Assembly (NCBI GenBank): GCA_032128375.1
Contig: JAQBGU010000102.1
Location: 1 to 27,980, forward strand
Reading direction: 5' to 3'
Source of the DNA: Deltaproteobacteria bacterium
Lineage (GTDB): Bacteria; Myxococcota_A; UBA9160; SMWR01
Length of the DNA stretch: 27,980 nt
The notes under the pieces are model-generated. The model had not been told where the DNA came from, did no database searches, and worked only from the letters and a program-made list of their open reading frames with translations. A program made the position numbers and the translations under genes. Numbering within the stretch: position 1 is the first letter of the stretch; every line of letters starts with the position of its first letter. Positions 1 to 9,036 of this stretch are shown in pieces.

Positions 1-980
1 GGCCAGGTGCTGTCACCGTGTGGGTAGTCCGACGCCCACATCACGTTGTCGACACCGATCTCGGGAATCAGCTTGACGCCGATGGTTTCTTCTTCGTACG
101 TGACGTAGATCTGCCGGCGGAAGATCTCGCTGGGCAACATGTCGAGCCGGTGATCCTTTGTGTTGGCGTAGTACTTGTGGTGTTCGTGATCCATGCGTTC
201 GAGCATATAAGGGATCCAGCCCAGACCCCCTTCGCCCAACACGAACTTGACGTTCGGGCGTTGCTCCAGAATCCCGGAGAAGACCATTCCACACAGGGTC
301 TCATCGAGCTGCATTGGGATGACCGCGACGAACGCCGGCATGCGCCACGAACCGAGTTGCCCAGTCAGCATGGTTCCGCGTGGCCCAAGGTGAGCGTGGA
401 TCGGAAGCCCGGTTTCCTGCGCTCCATCCCAGAACGGGTGCCACTCGTCCTCGAAGATCGGCGCAACCCCTTCGTCCTGCGCGATGATGGCCCCCTTGTG
501 TCCCAGCGCCGCAATGCGAAGCAGCTCGTCGCGGGCGGCGCTTGGACTGTGACCGGGAATGTGTGACAGCAGCAACAGGCGGCGTGGATCGACGCGGTTG
601 AATTCGGCCGCCCAGTCGTTGTACGCGCGCATACAGGCGGCGCGAAGCTCAGCGTCCTGGAGCCGCAACTGCGTTGTCATCGGGCTGTAGATCACCTGCG
701 CGTGGACACCGTCGCGATCCATATCCTCGAGTCGCGTCTCGGCAATACCAGGGCGAAAGCCGTGATCCTCCGAGCGGATGTAGCCCTTGGCCTTCCGGCC
801 GCTGGGGCTGAGTAGCCTGCCTTCGGCTTGCCAGAAGGGCCCGTCTTCTGTGTCGATCACCTTGGGCCCTCGTTCCCTGAGGGCAGCGGGCAGACGATCA
901 GCAAAGAGATCCGGCGGAAGTACGTGAATGTCCATGTGATCGTCGGCGGAGATGATTCGCTGGTCGGCGTTGAGTGACAT
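1..980 (-). CDS. Amidohydrolase_2 family metal-dependent hydrolase, 3' end runs off the window
   Basis: Manual translation from the ATG at 980 (not in the ORF track because there is no stop in the window): MSLNADQRIISADDHMD...RLEDMDRDGVHAQVIYS...AYNDW...LGEGGLGWIPY...NVMWASDYPHGDSTW. The IISADxH and WASDYPH motifs are typical of the family. Confidence 0.9.
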   Translation of the reverse strand, partial: MSLNADQRIISADDHMDIHVLPPDLFADRLPAALRERGPKVIDTEDGPFWQAEGRLLSPSGRKAKGYIRSEDHGFRPGIAETRLEDMDRDGVHAQVIYSPMTTQLRLQDAELRAACMRAYNDWAAEFNRVDPRRLLLLSHIPGHSPSAARDELLRIAALGHKGAIIAQDEGVAPIFEDEWHPFWDGAQETGLPIHAHLGPRGTMLTGQLGSWRMPAFVAVIPMQLDETLCGMVFSGILEQRPNVKFVLGEGGLGWIPYMLERMDHEHHKYYANTKDHRLDMLPSEIFRRQIYVTYEEETIGVKLIPEIGVDNVMWASDYPHGDSTW

Positions 981-1314
981 CGGCCTGTTCCCTATCGCGT
1001 GCTGCGGGGCGGGCAAACAAAGTATCGGGTGGGTAGGTTAAACTACCTTCCGACCGCGGGACGCTCAACTCTCTTGTTCGACACGCTAACGATCCGGGGA
1101 AAAATCGAGCCGGTTCGAGCGCTGCCCGCTTCCAAGCGGGAAATTCGGCTGGGCGAATGCTTCGAATTCTTCACCGTCGTCGCCTGCACGCTAGAGCTGG
1201 CGCTCTCCCGCGCAGACTCCCGGCGGGCCCAAGGCCCAGACCCTCGGAGGGAATGCATGCAGATTGTACGGCATCGATGCCGATTGAGTTCGCCAGCGTC
1301 TCGCGAATGACGAT

Positions 1315-1676
1315 CCAGTCTGTCACCCACCGCGAACAGCACCGACATCACACGCTGCAGCTGAGGTCCGTCGGGGGATGGCGTCATCGCGCGCCACCGC
1401 GGACTCGTCAGCCCACTGTCCCAGCAGCCGCGCTCCGCTGACCCGCGACATATAGTGGTCGAAGAACTGGCGGTAGTAACGGCGTACGTTGGCTCCGCGG
1501 CGAAGTGCGAGGCCCTGTACGGGAAACTCGTAGACCGGTGTTTCGATCAACGTCTCCATCAGATCGTCGAGACGCCTCTGCCCCTCCAGACGAGCGTGGC
1601 GGTTCGCCAGCTCCAGCATTCGCTCGGCATTCCAACCACTCCGTGTGGTTCGACTCCCTTGATGGTCTCCGTTCAT
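1315..1676 (-). pseudogene. SnoaL/NTF2-like small protein, apparently frameshifted near 1373-1377 with a degraded 3' end
   Basis: RBS GGGAG precedes the ATG at 1676. LDDLMETLIETPVYEF...GANVRRYYRQFF resembles the SnoaL N-terminal half. A plausible continuation, PDGPQLQRVMSVLFAVGDRL, lies in another frame after a G5 run. Confidence 0.55.
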
Positions 1677-1771
1677 GGTAAAACTCCCGCGGAGCGTTGA
1701 AATCGGTTAGAACTAGCGAGGCGGCTTACCAGAGCGACTGATCCCCGACGCAAGACCGGAGGAAACCCCAC

Positions 1772-3244
1772 ATGGCGGACTTTTTTCGAGAAGAGCGACT
1801 TCTCATCGACGGCGAACTCGTCCAGGCGACGGGCGGTCTCACCTACGAGAATATCAACCCAGCCACTGAGGAAGTGATCGGCGTCGCCGCTGATGCCGGT
1901 CGCGAGGACATCGAACGTGCCATCGCGGCGGCGCGGCGGGCATTCGACGAGACAGATTGGTCCAGCAATCACGGTCTGCGGGCGCGCTGCCTGCGGCAGC
2001 TCCACGATGCATTCCAGGAGAATCTCGAAGACCTGCGCGCCAGCTACGTCGCGGAGGTGGGCTGTCCGATCAACATGACATACAGCGCCGCCCTCGACGT
2101 GCCCGTGCGTGGCCTCAACTACTACGCCGACTTCGTCGAGAAATACGCGTGGTCCGAAGACCTCGGCGTCGCGGACGCACTCGGCATGGGCAAGGCGCAG
2201 CGATGGCTCGAGCGCGAGGCCGTCGGTGTGGTGGGTGCCATCACGGCGTGGAACTTCCCCCACGAGCTGAACCTCAAGAAAGTGGGCTGGGCCTTGGCGG
2301 CGGGTTGTAGCGTGGTGCTCAAGGGCGCTCCAGCGACACCGTGGTGCACCCTCTTGTTCGGAAAATTCGTTCTCGAGAACACCGACATTCCTGCCGGAGT
2401 GGTCAACACCATCACGTCCTCGCAAAACGGCATCGGCGAACAGATCACCGTGGACCCGCGGGTCGACATGGTGTCGTTTACTGGCTCGACCGCCACGGGT
2501 AAGAGCATCCTCGCCGTCACCGCACCGTTCGTGAAGCGAATCTCTCTAGAGCTCGGCGGCAAGTCGGCGCTGATTCTGCTCGACGATATGCCGAGCATCC
2601 CGGACATCGCCGGCCAGGCCGGCGCGAGTGTGTGTATGCACGCCGGGCAGGGATGCGCGATGCTCACGCGCATCCTGGTACCCAAAAGCCATCTCGCGGA
2701 AGCCGGCGAGAAGCTGAAAGCCGCTATGGCGAACGTGAAGGTTGGCGACCCCACGAATCCCGAGACGCTGCAAGGTCCGCAGTGCAGTGCCGCCCAGCGC
2801 GAACGTGTCGAGGCACTCATCCAACAGGGAATCGACGAGGGCTCCACGTTGTTGTGCGGTGGCGGCCGGCCCAAGCATCTGGCGGCGGGCTACTACGTCG
2901 AGCCGACGGCCTTCATCGCTGATCCCGACTCCATTGTCGCGCAGCAGGAGTTCTTCGGCCCCGTGCAATGCCTGATCGGCTACGAAAACGAGGAAGACGC
3001 GATCCGCATCGCCAACAACTCCAGCTACGGGCTCTCGGGAGGCATCCTGGGCCTCGACATCGAACGCGCCAAGCGCGTCGCGCGTCGCATCCGCACAGGC
3101 ACAATGATGATCAACGGCGGCATGTGGTACGGCCCGGACGTTCCCTTCGGCGGCTACAAGCAATCCGGCCTCGGACGAGAGAATGGTGTCGTCGGTTTCG
3201 AGGAGTTTCTGGAGGTCAAAGCGTTAGCCGTGCCTGCCGGCTAA
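1772..3244 (+). CDS. NAD(P)-dependent aldehyde dehydrogenase
   Basis: Motifs WNFP, FTGSTATG, LELGGKS, GQGC (catalytic Cys), EFFGPV and PFGGYKQSG. RBS GGAGG upstream. Confidence 0.97.
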   Translation: MADFFREERLLIDGELVQATGGLTYENINPATEEVIGVAADAGREDIERAIAAARRAFDETDWSSNHGLRARCLRQLHDAFQENLEDLRASYVAEVGCPINMTYSAALDVPVRGLNYYADFVEKYAWSEDLGVADALGMGKAQRWLEREAVGVVGAITAWNFPHELNLKKVGWALAAGCSVVLKGAPATPWCTLLFGKFVLENTDIPAGVVNTITSSQNGIGEQITVDPRVDMVSFTGSTATGKSILAVTAPFVKRISLELGGKSALILLDDMPSIPDIAGQAGASVCMHAGQGCAMLTRILVPKSHLAEAGEKLKAAMANVKVGDPTNPETLQGPQCSAAQRERVEALIQQGIDEGSTLLCGGGRPKHLAAGYYVEPTAFIADPDSIVAQQEFFGPVQCLIGYENEEDAIRIANNSSYGLSGGILGLDIERAKRVARRIRTGTMMINGGMWYGPDVPFGGYKQSGLGRENGVVGFEEFLEVKALAVPAG

Positions 3245-3304
3245 GATCGAGTTCCGATCGGCGTGTGCCAGCAGTCTGCTATTAATAAAGTCGGATGCGA
3301 CGGC

Positions 3305-3346
3305 ACTTCGCTCTCCGCGGGGCCCGCCGGGAGCGGGCCGCGAAGT
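3305..3346. terminator. GC-rich hairpin between convergent genes (possible terminator or RNA stability element)
   Basis: Stem GGCCCGC-CGGGA-GCGGGCC (3321-3339) is enclosed by ACTTCGC/GCGAAGT. There is no clear U-tract. Confidence 0.35.
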
Positions 3347-3596
3347 TCCGGTACAGGATAGCGGGAGCAGAAATGCCCCACGTCGGCGGCGAGCTGGCGG
3401 TGATCGCGACTCTGTCGAGGATGGCCTCCACCTGCTGCCCGGTGCGCGCGAGAAGTGTTCGATGCCAATCCATCTCGCCAGGATCGTCGATTCGCATCGG
3501 AAAGAAAAGTGAAACATTCTCTCAGATTCGTGCAGGAATTTTCCAGAATCCGAATGACACCGGCAAAAACAGACGGAGCGTCTTTTTCGGGGCCGA

Positions 3597-4961
3597 TCAG
3601 TGCGTCGGAACTGCGCGTCGTGCGGCGCTCGGCGCGCGCCTTCGGCGTCGCAACGGCAGCTGGATCCAGTGAGGAGCTGGATCGCCGCGCTCGTGCGCGC
3701 TGCGCAGGACCGCACCGCTGATCCTCGCGACGCGCATATCGCCAAACGGTGTACCCATTCCGCAATTGACGATCAATGCGACCGCCAGTCGCCTGCTCGG
3801 ATCCGCCCAAGCCCCCGACCCGCCGAAGCCGAAGTGGCCAAAAGCCTGTGGCGCAAAGCCCTCCGAGGTGGCGATGCCGTGGTAACCGAGCCGCCAGCGC
3901 ATGTCGAAGGGGAGTACCGCGCGGCCGGGAGCCTCCTGCTGGACTTCCGTTGCCAGGCCGAGCGTGCGACGGGAAAGCAAGCGCACCCCATCGATCTCGC
4001 CACCTTCCGCCAGGGCGGCGTACATGCGCGCGAGCGAACGGGCCGTAAACAGGCCGTTTCCCGCCGGAATCGGCTGGCGTAGGGTCTCTGCGGATCCGAA
4101 GTCGAATGAGCTGATTCCGCGCGGCGCCAGAGCCTGCAGGATACTGGGGACGTCCATATCGACGCCGAAATCTTGGAGGCCCTTGCTGAAGGCTCCCATC
4201 AGGCCGCCGGCGGCCTCTCCTAGCCATCGCATTGTGGGTCCGCTGGGTACACGGCGAAGAAATTCGCTTCGCTGGGGCCACATGAGTTCTGCTGCGCGCG
4301 GGAGCTGGTCGTCGGGCGTACCCACGTAGAGGCCATCGAGCCCGAGCGGCTCGGCGAGCTCGCGCGCGACGAGGTCCTGAATGGACGTGCCGGTGACGCG
4401 CTTCAAGATCTCTCCGACCAGGAAGCCGTACGTCAGCCCGTGGTAGCCGGTGCGAGCGCCCGGAGGGTGAATGGGCTCCGCCCGCTCGATGGCGTGCACC
4501 ATGTAATCCCAGTCGAGCATGCGATCGGCGCGGTCGATCATCTGTCGGATGTGATACAGGCCTGACTGGTGAGAGAGCACCTGGCGAACCGTAATGGCAC
4601 TTTTCCCCGCCTGAGCGAATTGGGGCCAGTAGGTCGCGACAGGGGCCTCGTAGTCAATCAGACCGCGGTCGGCAAACACGTGGACCAGTGTCGAGACAAC
4701 ACCTTTCGTTGTTGAAAAACTCGGAGCCATGGTGTCGTGGAGCCAAGGGTCGCCACCGCGGTTGCGGCGCCCGCCCCAGAGGTCCACGACACACTCTCCG
4801 CGATGATAGACGCAGACCGCGGCACCTCCGCCGAGACGTTCGATCTGCCGGTGCAGCAAATCCGCGACACGGCCAAAATCGGGTTGAATCTGGCCGTCGA
4901 TAATGACAGACTCGCTCGATCGACCGGACAATGCGCGTAGCAGGGGCGAGTTCAATGTCAT
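3597..4961 (-). CDS. Serine hydrolase, beta-lactamase-like (family VIII esterase)
   Basis: SxxK motif (FSTTK), VLSHQSG, GYHGLTYG and FGHFGFGGS. The start at ATG 4961 is chosen because GGAG lies just upstream. Confidence 0.92.
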   Translation of the reverse strand: MTLNSPLLRALSGRSSESVIIDGQIQPDFGRVADLLHRQIERLGGGAAVCVYHRGECVVDLWGGRRNRGGDPWLHDTMAPSFSTTKGVVSTLVHVFADRGLIDYEAPVATYWPQFAQAGKSAITVRQVLSHQSGLYHIRQMIDRADRMLDWDYMVHAIERAEPIHPPGARTGYHGLTYGFLVGEILKRVTGTSIQDLVARELAEPLGLDGLYVGTPDDQLPRAAELMWPQRSEFLRRVPSGPTMRWLGEAAGGLMGAFSKGLQDFGVDMDVPSILQALAPRGISSFDFGSAETLRQPIPAGNGLFTARSLARMYAALAEGGEIDGVRLLSRRTLGLATEVQQEAPGRAVLPFDMRWRLGYHGIATSEGFAPQAFGHFGFGGSGAWADPSRRLAVALIVNCGMGTPFGDMRVARISGAVLRSAHERGDPAPHWIQLPLRRRRRAPSAARRAVPTH

Positions 4962-4980
4962 GGCAGCTCCAGCATCTATC

Positions 4981-4989
4981 ACTATACCA
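4981..4989 (-). promoter_or_regulatory. Extended -10 promoter element (TGnTATAGT) for the serine hydrolase
   Basis: The minus strand reads TGGTATAGT about 20 nt upstream of the ATG at 4961, followed by the GGAG RBS. Confidence 0.5.
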
Positions 4990-5219
4990 GACTAGCGGAT
5001 CTGCAGCGGACTGTTATTTGGGCTCCGCGCTGGCGCTGTTCGAGCGAGCTTAGAACCTTCGATGAGGGTTGCACCTGACAGGCAGAAGTCGACGTAGTCC
5101 TCTCAGGTACCAGCTGTATCGAAGAACGCGCTAGTTGCGCGTTCGCCGCTGCGCAACGAAGCTTCCGCGTCGTCGCCCGGCCGCCATCGCGACAGACCGC
5201 GACCCCGTAGAGGCGAATC

Positions 5220-6084
5220 ATGAGCACACCTGCTTGGCTCGACAGAACTGAATACTCCTTCGCGTCCCACTACATCGAGCTGCCCGCTGGGCGCCTTCAC
5301 TATGTCGACGAGGGTGAAGGGGAGCCGATCTTGATGGTCCACGGCCAGCCGACCTGGTCGTTCATGTATCGTGAGGTCATCCGCGGGTTGGCGCCGCATT
5401 TTCGCTGCATCGCGGTCGACCTGCTCGGCTTCGGACTTTCAGACAAGCCCGAGCAGTGGTCATACCGCCCCGAGGAGCATGCATCACACATCGGCGTGTT
5501 AGTTGACCATCTGGAGCTGGATCGGACTCATCTGCTCGTCCACGACTGGGGAGGACCGATCGGTTTGGGCTGGGCGGTGGACAACCCGGATCGCGTTGGC
5601 CGAATCGTGGCTCGCGACACATGGATGTGGTCAATGCCGGAGCAGCTCTCGACTCTCTTGTTCAGCCATCTGCTAGGCAATCCGCTCGGTCGTCTGGCTA
5701 CGCGCCGCGACAACCTGTTCGTCACGCAGTTCATGCGACCCGCACTGATCGGCAAGTGGGACGCCATTGCTGCCGCGTACGCTGGGCCGCTGTCTCGACC
5801 GGAGGAGCGCATGGGCGGTGCGCTGTTTCCCAGGATGCTCCGGGCTCCCTGGCTCGCAGAAATTTGGCAGCGGCGTGAGGCGCTGCGAAAAATTCCGGCA
5901 ATGCTGGTCTGGGGCGACGTCTTTCCGGAACCGACGCGCAACCGGCTCGCCAGCGTGTTCGAAGTGTCGAATCGAGGTTCAGCCCGGAGTCGGACATTTC
6001 GTTGCGGAAGAGATGGGTGCAGCCCTCCCAAAATTGATCGATGAATTCCTTCGGCCGGATGAGCTGCCTGAGAGCAGAACGTAG
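5220..6084 (+). pseudogene. Haloalkane dehalogenase-like alpha/beta hydrolase with a frameshift near 5960
   Basis: HYVDEG, HGQPTWSF, DLLGFGLSDKP and HDWGGPIG are in the first frame. The catalytic-His segment GVGHFVAEE...IDEFL lies in a different frame, ending at TAG 6082-6084. Confidence 0.8.
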
Positions 6085-6184
6085 AACCCTTCCGACTCGA
6101 AGTGGCGTTCCGGCGGCCCTCGCTCACCTGCAGGTTCGAGCGGAATGTCAGGGATGACTCCCGAAGCGGCGGCCCTTACCGCGG

Positions 6185-7228
6185 CTACGAAACGTGCCGG
6201 AGCGGTAACGAGCCACCAGCATCGCGTCGAGCTTCCGCCTCGGCCCATAGCTGTCGTCGCAACTTCAGGTAGGCGGTAGTCCCGCCGTCTGCGCCCACCA
6301 GTCGATCGACGTGCCGATCTGGTAGGTTCGGTTCTTGTGTCTCCATCACCTTCAAGTCCTGTGGGAATTGGAAGATCACCCAGTCCACCTGCAAGAATAG
6401 CCACGACAAAGCCTGGTGGATGCCCGGAACCGGTAGGTAGTCGACGTAGTAGCGCGCCCAGCGCCAGGTGCTGTGCTGATCAATTGGACAATCCGCTACG
6501 ACGAACAGTACTTTCGGCGTCAACTCGATGAGCGTCACGCACGGCATTTTGAATTCCATCCGAAACGCCAACCCCGAATCGGCGCCGGGCTTGCGAAGCT
6601 CACCCCGGGTCGCGATGTGTGACCCGTTCACTTCGACGTGGTAGGGATCGAGCCGCGACCCGAGGCCTGGCATCACTGCTCCGTGTACGATCGGCGTGTG
6701 GTGGATATCGAAATTGGACTCGATGGTCCGCACAAAGTTGATCGGCCACGATTTGGAGGTGCTCGCGCCGCCGCGACGGCCGCTGATCTCGTCGAACCAC
6801 GGAATCTCCGGCAACTCTTCTGCTTGCTCGCCCCAGTAGATCCACACGAGACCGTGCTGCTCGCGCACCGGGTAGGTATCTACTGTCATACCGGCGGGAA
6901 TCTTTGCCTGTTCCCCTTCGCACGGCATCAGCTGGCAAGCGCCTGAGCTGTCGAACTGGAAGCCGTGATAGGGACACGCAATGCGGTTCCCTTTGACAGA
7001 CCCGCGGCTCAGCGCCACTCCGCGGTGTGGACAGCGATCCCGCATCGCGATTGCCGCACCCGACGCATCGCGCCACAGTGCGATGCGTTCCCCCAGCCGC
7101 TGGACGCCGATCGGCTTGCGACGCAGCCGACGCGATTCGATCAGCGGGTACCACTGATCGGGCAGCCATCCTTCGTGAATCCGTGTGGGTTGGGTCGCCG
7201 TAGCGTGAGTGATCGTCGGTTCGCTCAT
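6185..7228 (-). CDS. Rieske non-heme iron oxygenase, alpha subunit (VanA/PobA-like)
   Basis: Rieske motifs CPHRG and CPYHG, mononuclear iron motif ESNFDIHHTPIVH, and a C-terminal QD. The start MSEPT overlaps the TetR stop (ATGA) and has an AGGAGG RBS. Confidence 0.92.
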   Translation of the reverse strand: MSEPTITHATATQPTRIHEGWLPDQWYPLIESRRLRRKPIGVQRLGERIALWRDASGAAIAMRDRCPHRGVALSRGSVKGNRIACPYHGFQFDSSGACQLMPCEGEQAKIPAGMTVDTYPVREQHGLVWIYWGEQAEELPEIPWFDEISGRRGGASTSKSWPINFVRTIESNFDIHHTPIVHGAVMPGLGSRLDPYHVEVNGSHIATRGELRKPGADSGLAFRMEFKMPCVTLIELTPKVLFVVADCPIDQHSTWRWARYYVDYLPVPGIHQALSWLFLQVDWVIFQFPQDLKVMETQEPNLPDRHVDRLVGADGGTTAYLKLRRQLWAEAEARRDAGGSLPLRHVS

Positions 7229-7890
7229 TCTTTCCTCCTGCCGACCTCGCGGCCACTCACAAGCGCGAGCGGCGCGATCAGCCGAAAATGCATCTCGAGT
7301 AGTTGCTCCGCGATTTCCGCGAGCCCACCCGGACCGAGTTCTGTCAGGCGATCGAGGTTTTGCAGCGCCCATCGATCGGTCGCCTCCCCGGTCGCCAGTG
7401 TCACCGCGAGGAGCAAATCGAGTGGCAAATCCGAGCGCACGGCGCCAAGCCGAATTCCCTCGGCCAACACCGCTTCGAACTGCTTGGAGAGGCGCTCGAT
7501 GAATTCGCCGTATGCCGAATCGGTGACGGGCCCGCCGCCGTACGCGCTCTTGATGAGCCCGGCCGCCAGCGGTTCATCGCCGACGAACCCGGTGATTCGG
7601 AGATAGAGATCGGCGAGTGCGTCCCAGAATGAATTCGCGTCGTCGAATTCAGCGAGCGGGCCGATCGTGTCGGTCGCGCGCTGTTCGGCGTCGCGCAGGA
7701 CCGTGAGATACAGGTCGCGCTTGTCATCGAAGTAGTAGTACATGGCGCCCTTGGAGACGCCTGAGAGCTGGATGATTCGGTTGTAGGAAGCCGAGTCGAA
7801 GCCGCGCTCGGCGAATTCGGCGGCCGCTGCTTGCAAGATCGCCAGTTGGCGCTCGCTTGCAAGTGAGTCGAAGCGCGGTCGCGGGCTCAC
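7225..7890 (-). CDS. TetR/AcrR family transcriptional regulator
   Basis: HTH region AILQAAAAEFAERGFDSASYNRII...GVSKGAMYYYFDDKRDL. The GTG start at 7890 is approximate. Confidence 0.92.
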   Translation of the reverse strand: MSPRPRFDSLASERQLAILQAAAAEFAERGFDSASYNRIIQLSGVSKGAMYYYFDDKRDLYLTVLRDAEQRATDTIGPLAEFDDANSFWDALADLYLRITGFVGDEPLAAGLIKSAYGGGPVTDSAYGEFIERLSKQFEAVLAEGIRLGAVRSDLPLDLLLAVTLATGEATDRWALQNLDRLTELGPGGLAEIAEQLLEMHFRLIAPLALVSGREVGRRKE

Positions 7891-7950
7891 TGGCGGCCCG
7901 CCCGTTTCGGCCTGGCTCTTTTCGATCCTGTCGAGCTCGACCTGATCGAT

Positions 7951-7995
7951 TCCCCAATCGACTTCTCCCCAAACGACTTCTCCCCAATCGACTTC
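7951..7995. repeat. 3 x 15-bp tandem repeat TCCCCAAWCGACTTC
   Basis: Units at 7951, 7966 and 7981, with one mismatch. Confidence 0.9.
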
Positions 7996-8019
7996 TCGAT
8001 TCGCATCAACCTTTATCCC

Positions 8020-8063
8020 TAGGCCATATGGATCTAGACCAAGTGGTTCGACCAGATGGTCTA
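8020..8063. promoter_or_regulatory. Candidate TetR operator: three CCANNTGG palindromes, with an outer TAGACCA/TGGTCTA inverted repeat
   Basis: CCATATGG 8024-8031, CCAAGTGG 8039-8046 and CCAGATGG 8052-8059, upstream of the TetR-Rieske pair. Confidence 0.6.
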
Positions 8064-8202
8064 AGCATATCGATCTTGGCGCGATGCGCCAACAAAATCG
8101 GGTCTCAGCGCTGATCCACCTCCAACCGCCCAGGGCGGTTCGGCGTCCCACCGCTCAGCCCGCCTCGCAGCGTCGCTTCTTACATCTGGTGGAGTGCTGC
8201 GG

Positions 8203-9036
8203 TCATCGATCGTTCGCCGCCGGCGGCTCGCCTCGGACGAGAATCGGGTACTGCCGCTCGGGTGCGTCACAGCGGGTTCGCGCTGTCTTGCCGTCCGCGT
8301 AGGTGATGACATAGGCGCCGTCCGGGGCGAACTGAACGATGTAAGTCTTGCGCGTCTGGCCCGCGGTCGAGTTCGGCCCCGTCTTGTGCGGCGTGAGCGA
8401 CGAGAAGACCACCACGCCACCGGCGCGGACCGGCGCCGGAATCCCCTCCTTTCCGGTAGCCCCCACGCCACAATCGAAACCCAACTCCGTCAATTCGTGA
8501 GCCCACGTGCCCTCGCGGTGCAGGCCAGAGACCACGACTGGGCAGCCGTTGCGCTCGTCGGCATCGGTCAGCGCGACCCAACAGGTGAGGTACTGCTGCG
8601 GTTCGACGTAGGTGTAGCCGTTGTCCTGGTGCCACGGAAACTCGTCGACTGTCCCCGGCTTCTTGTACACAGCCTGGTCCCAATACAGACGCACATCGTC
8701 ACCGAGCAGGTCATGGGTGAGATCGCGGAAGAACGCGCAACGCGTGAACTCGTTGGCCTTTGGCGAGCGAGTCACCACATGTGGCGTGAAGGTAATCTCA
8801 CCTGCGCGGGCGATGAACATTTTCCCGTCGAAACGCTGCTCGACCAATTCCTCGAGCTGCCGTTCGAGTGGATCGAGCTCCTCGATGAGCGCATCGATGG
8901 TGATCGCGTCGAAGACATCCTCGATGACCACAAAGCCCTGCTCGTCGTACTGCCGCGCTTGCGCTGCACTGAGCACTCTGAATGGCCCGGAGTGACTTTC
9001 CCACTGGAACCCCTGGTTCAGCTCGTGCTTGATCAT
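8203..9036 (-). CDS. Phytanoyl-CoA dioxygenase (PhyH) family Fe(II)/2OG dioxygenase
   Basis: YDEQGFVVIEDVF, WHQDNGY, CWVALTDA, TPHKTGPN and RKT. The ATG at 9036 overlaps the upstream stop (ATGA). Confidence 0.92.
   Translation of the reverse strand: MIKHELNQGFQWESHSGPFRVLSAAQARQYDEQGFVVIEDVFDAITIDALIEELDPLERQLEELVEQRFDGKMFIARAGEITFTPHVVTRSPKANEFTRCAFFRDLTHDLLGDDVRLYWDQAVYKKPGTVDEFPWHQDNGYTYVEPQQYLTCWVALTDADERNGCPVVVSGLHREGTWAHELTELGFDCGVGATGKEGIPAPVRAGGVVVFSSLTPHKTGPNSTAGQTRKTYIVQFAPDGAYVITYADGKTARTRCDAPERQYPILVRGEPPAANDR

Noticed and set aside
1011..1070. c-di-GMP-I riboswitch-like words GGGCAAAC...GGGACGC
   Set aside because: There is no GAAA tetraloop stem or downstream P3/receptor, and it points away from the adjacent gene.
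3597..4961. Antibiotic resistance genes (beta-lactamase here, aminoglycoside kinase at 15030-16076)
   Set aside because: Only fold-level similarity is seen. Motifs and context fit an esterase and a metabolic kinase, and no mobile element is nearby.
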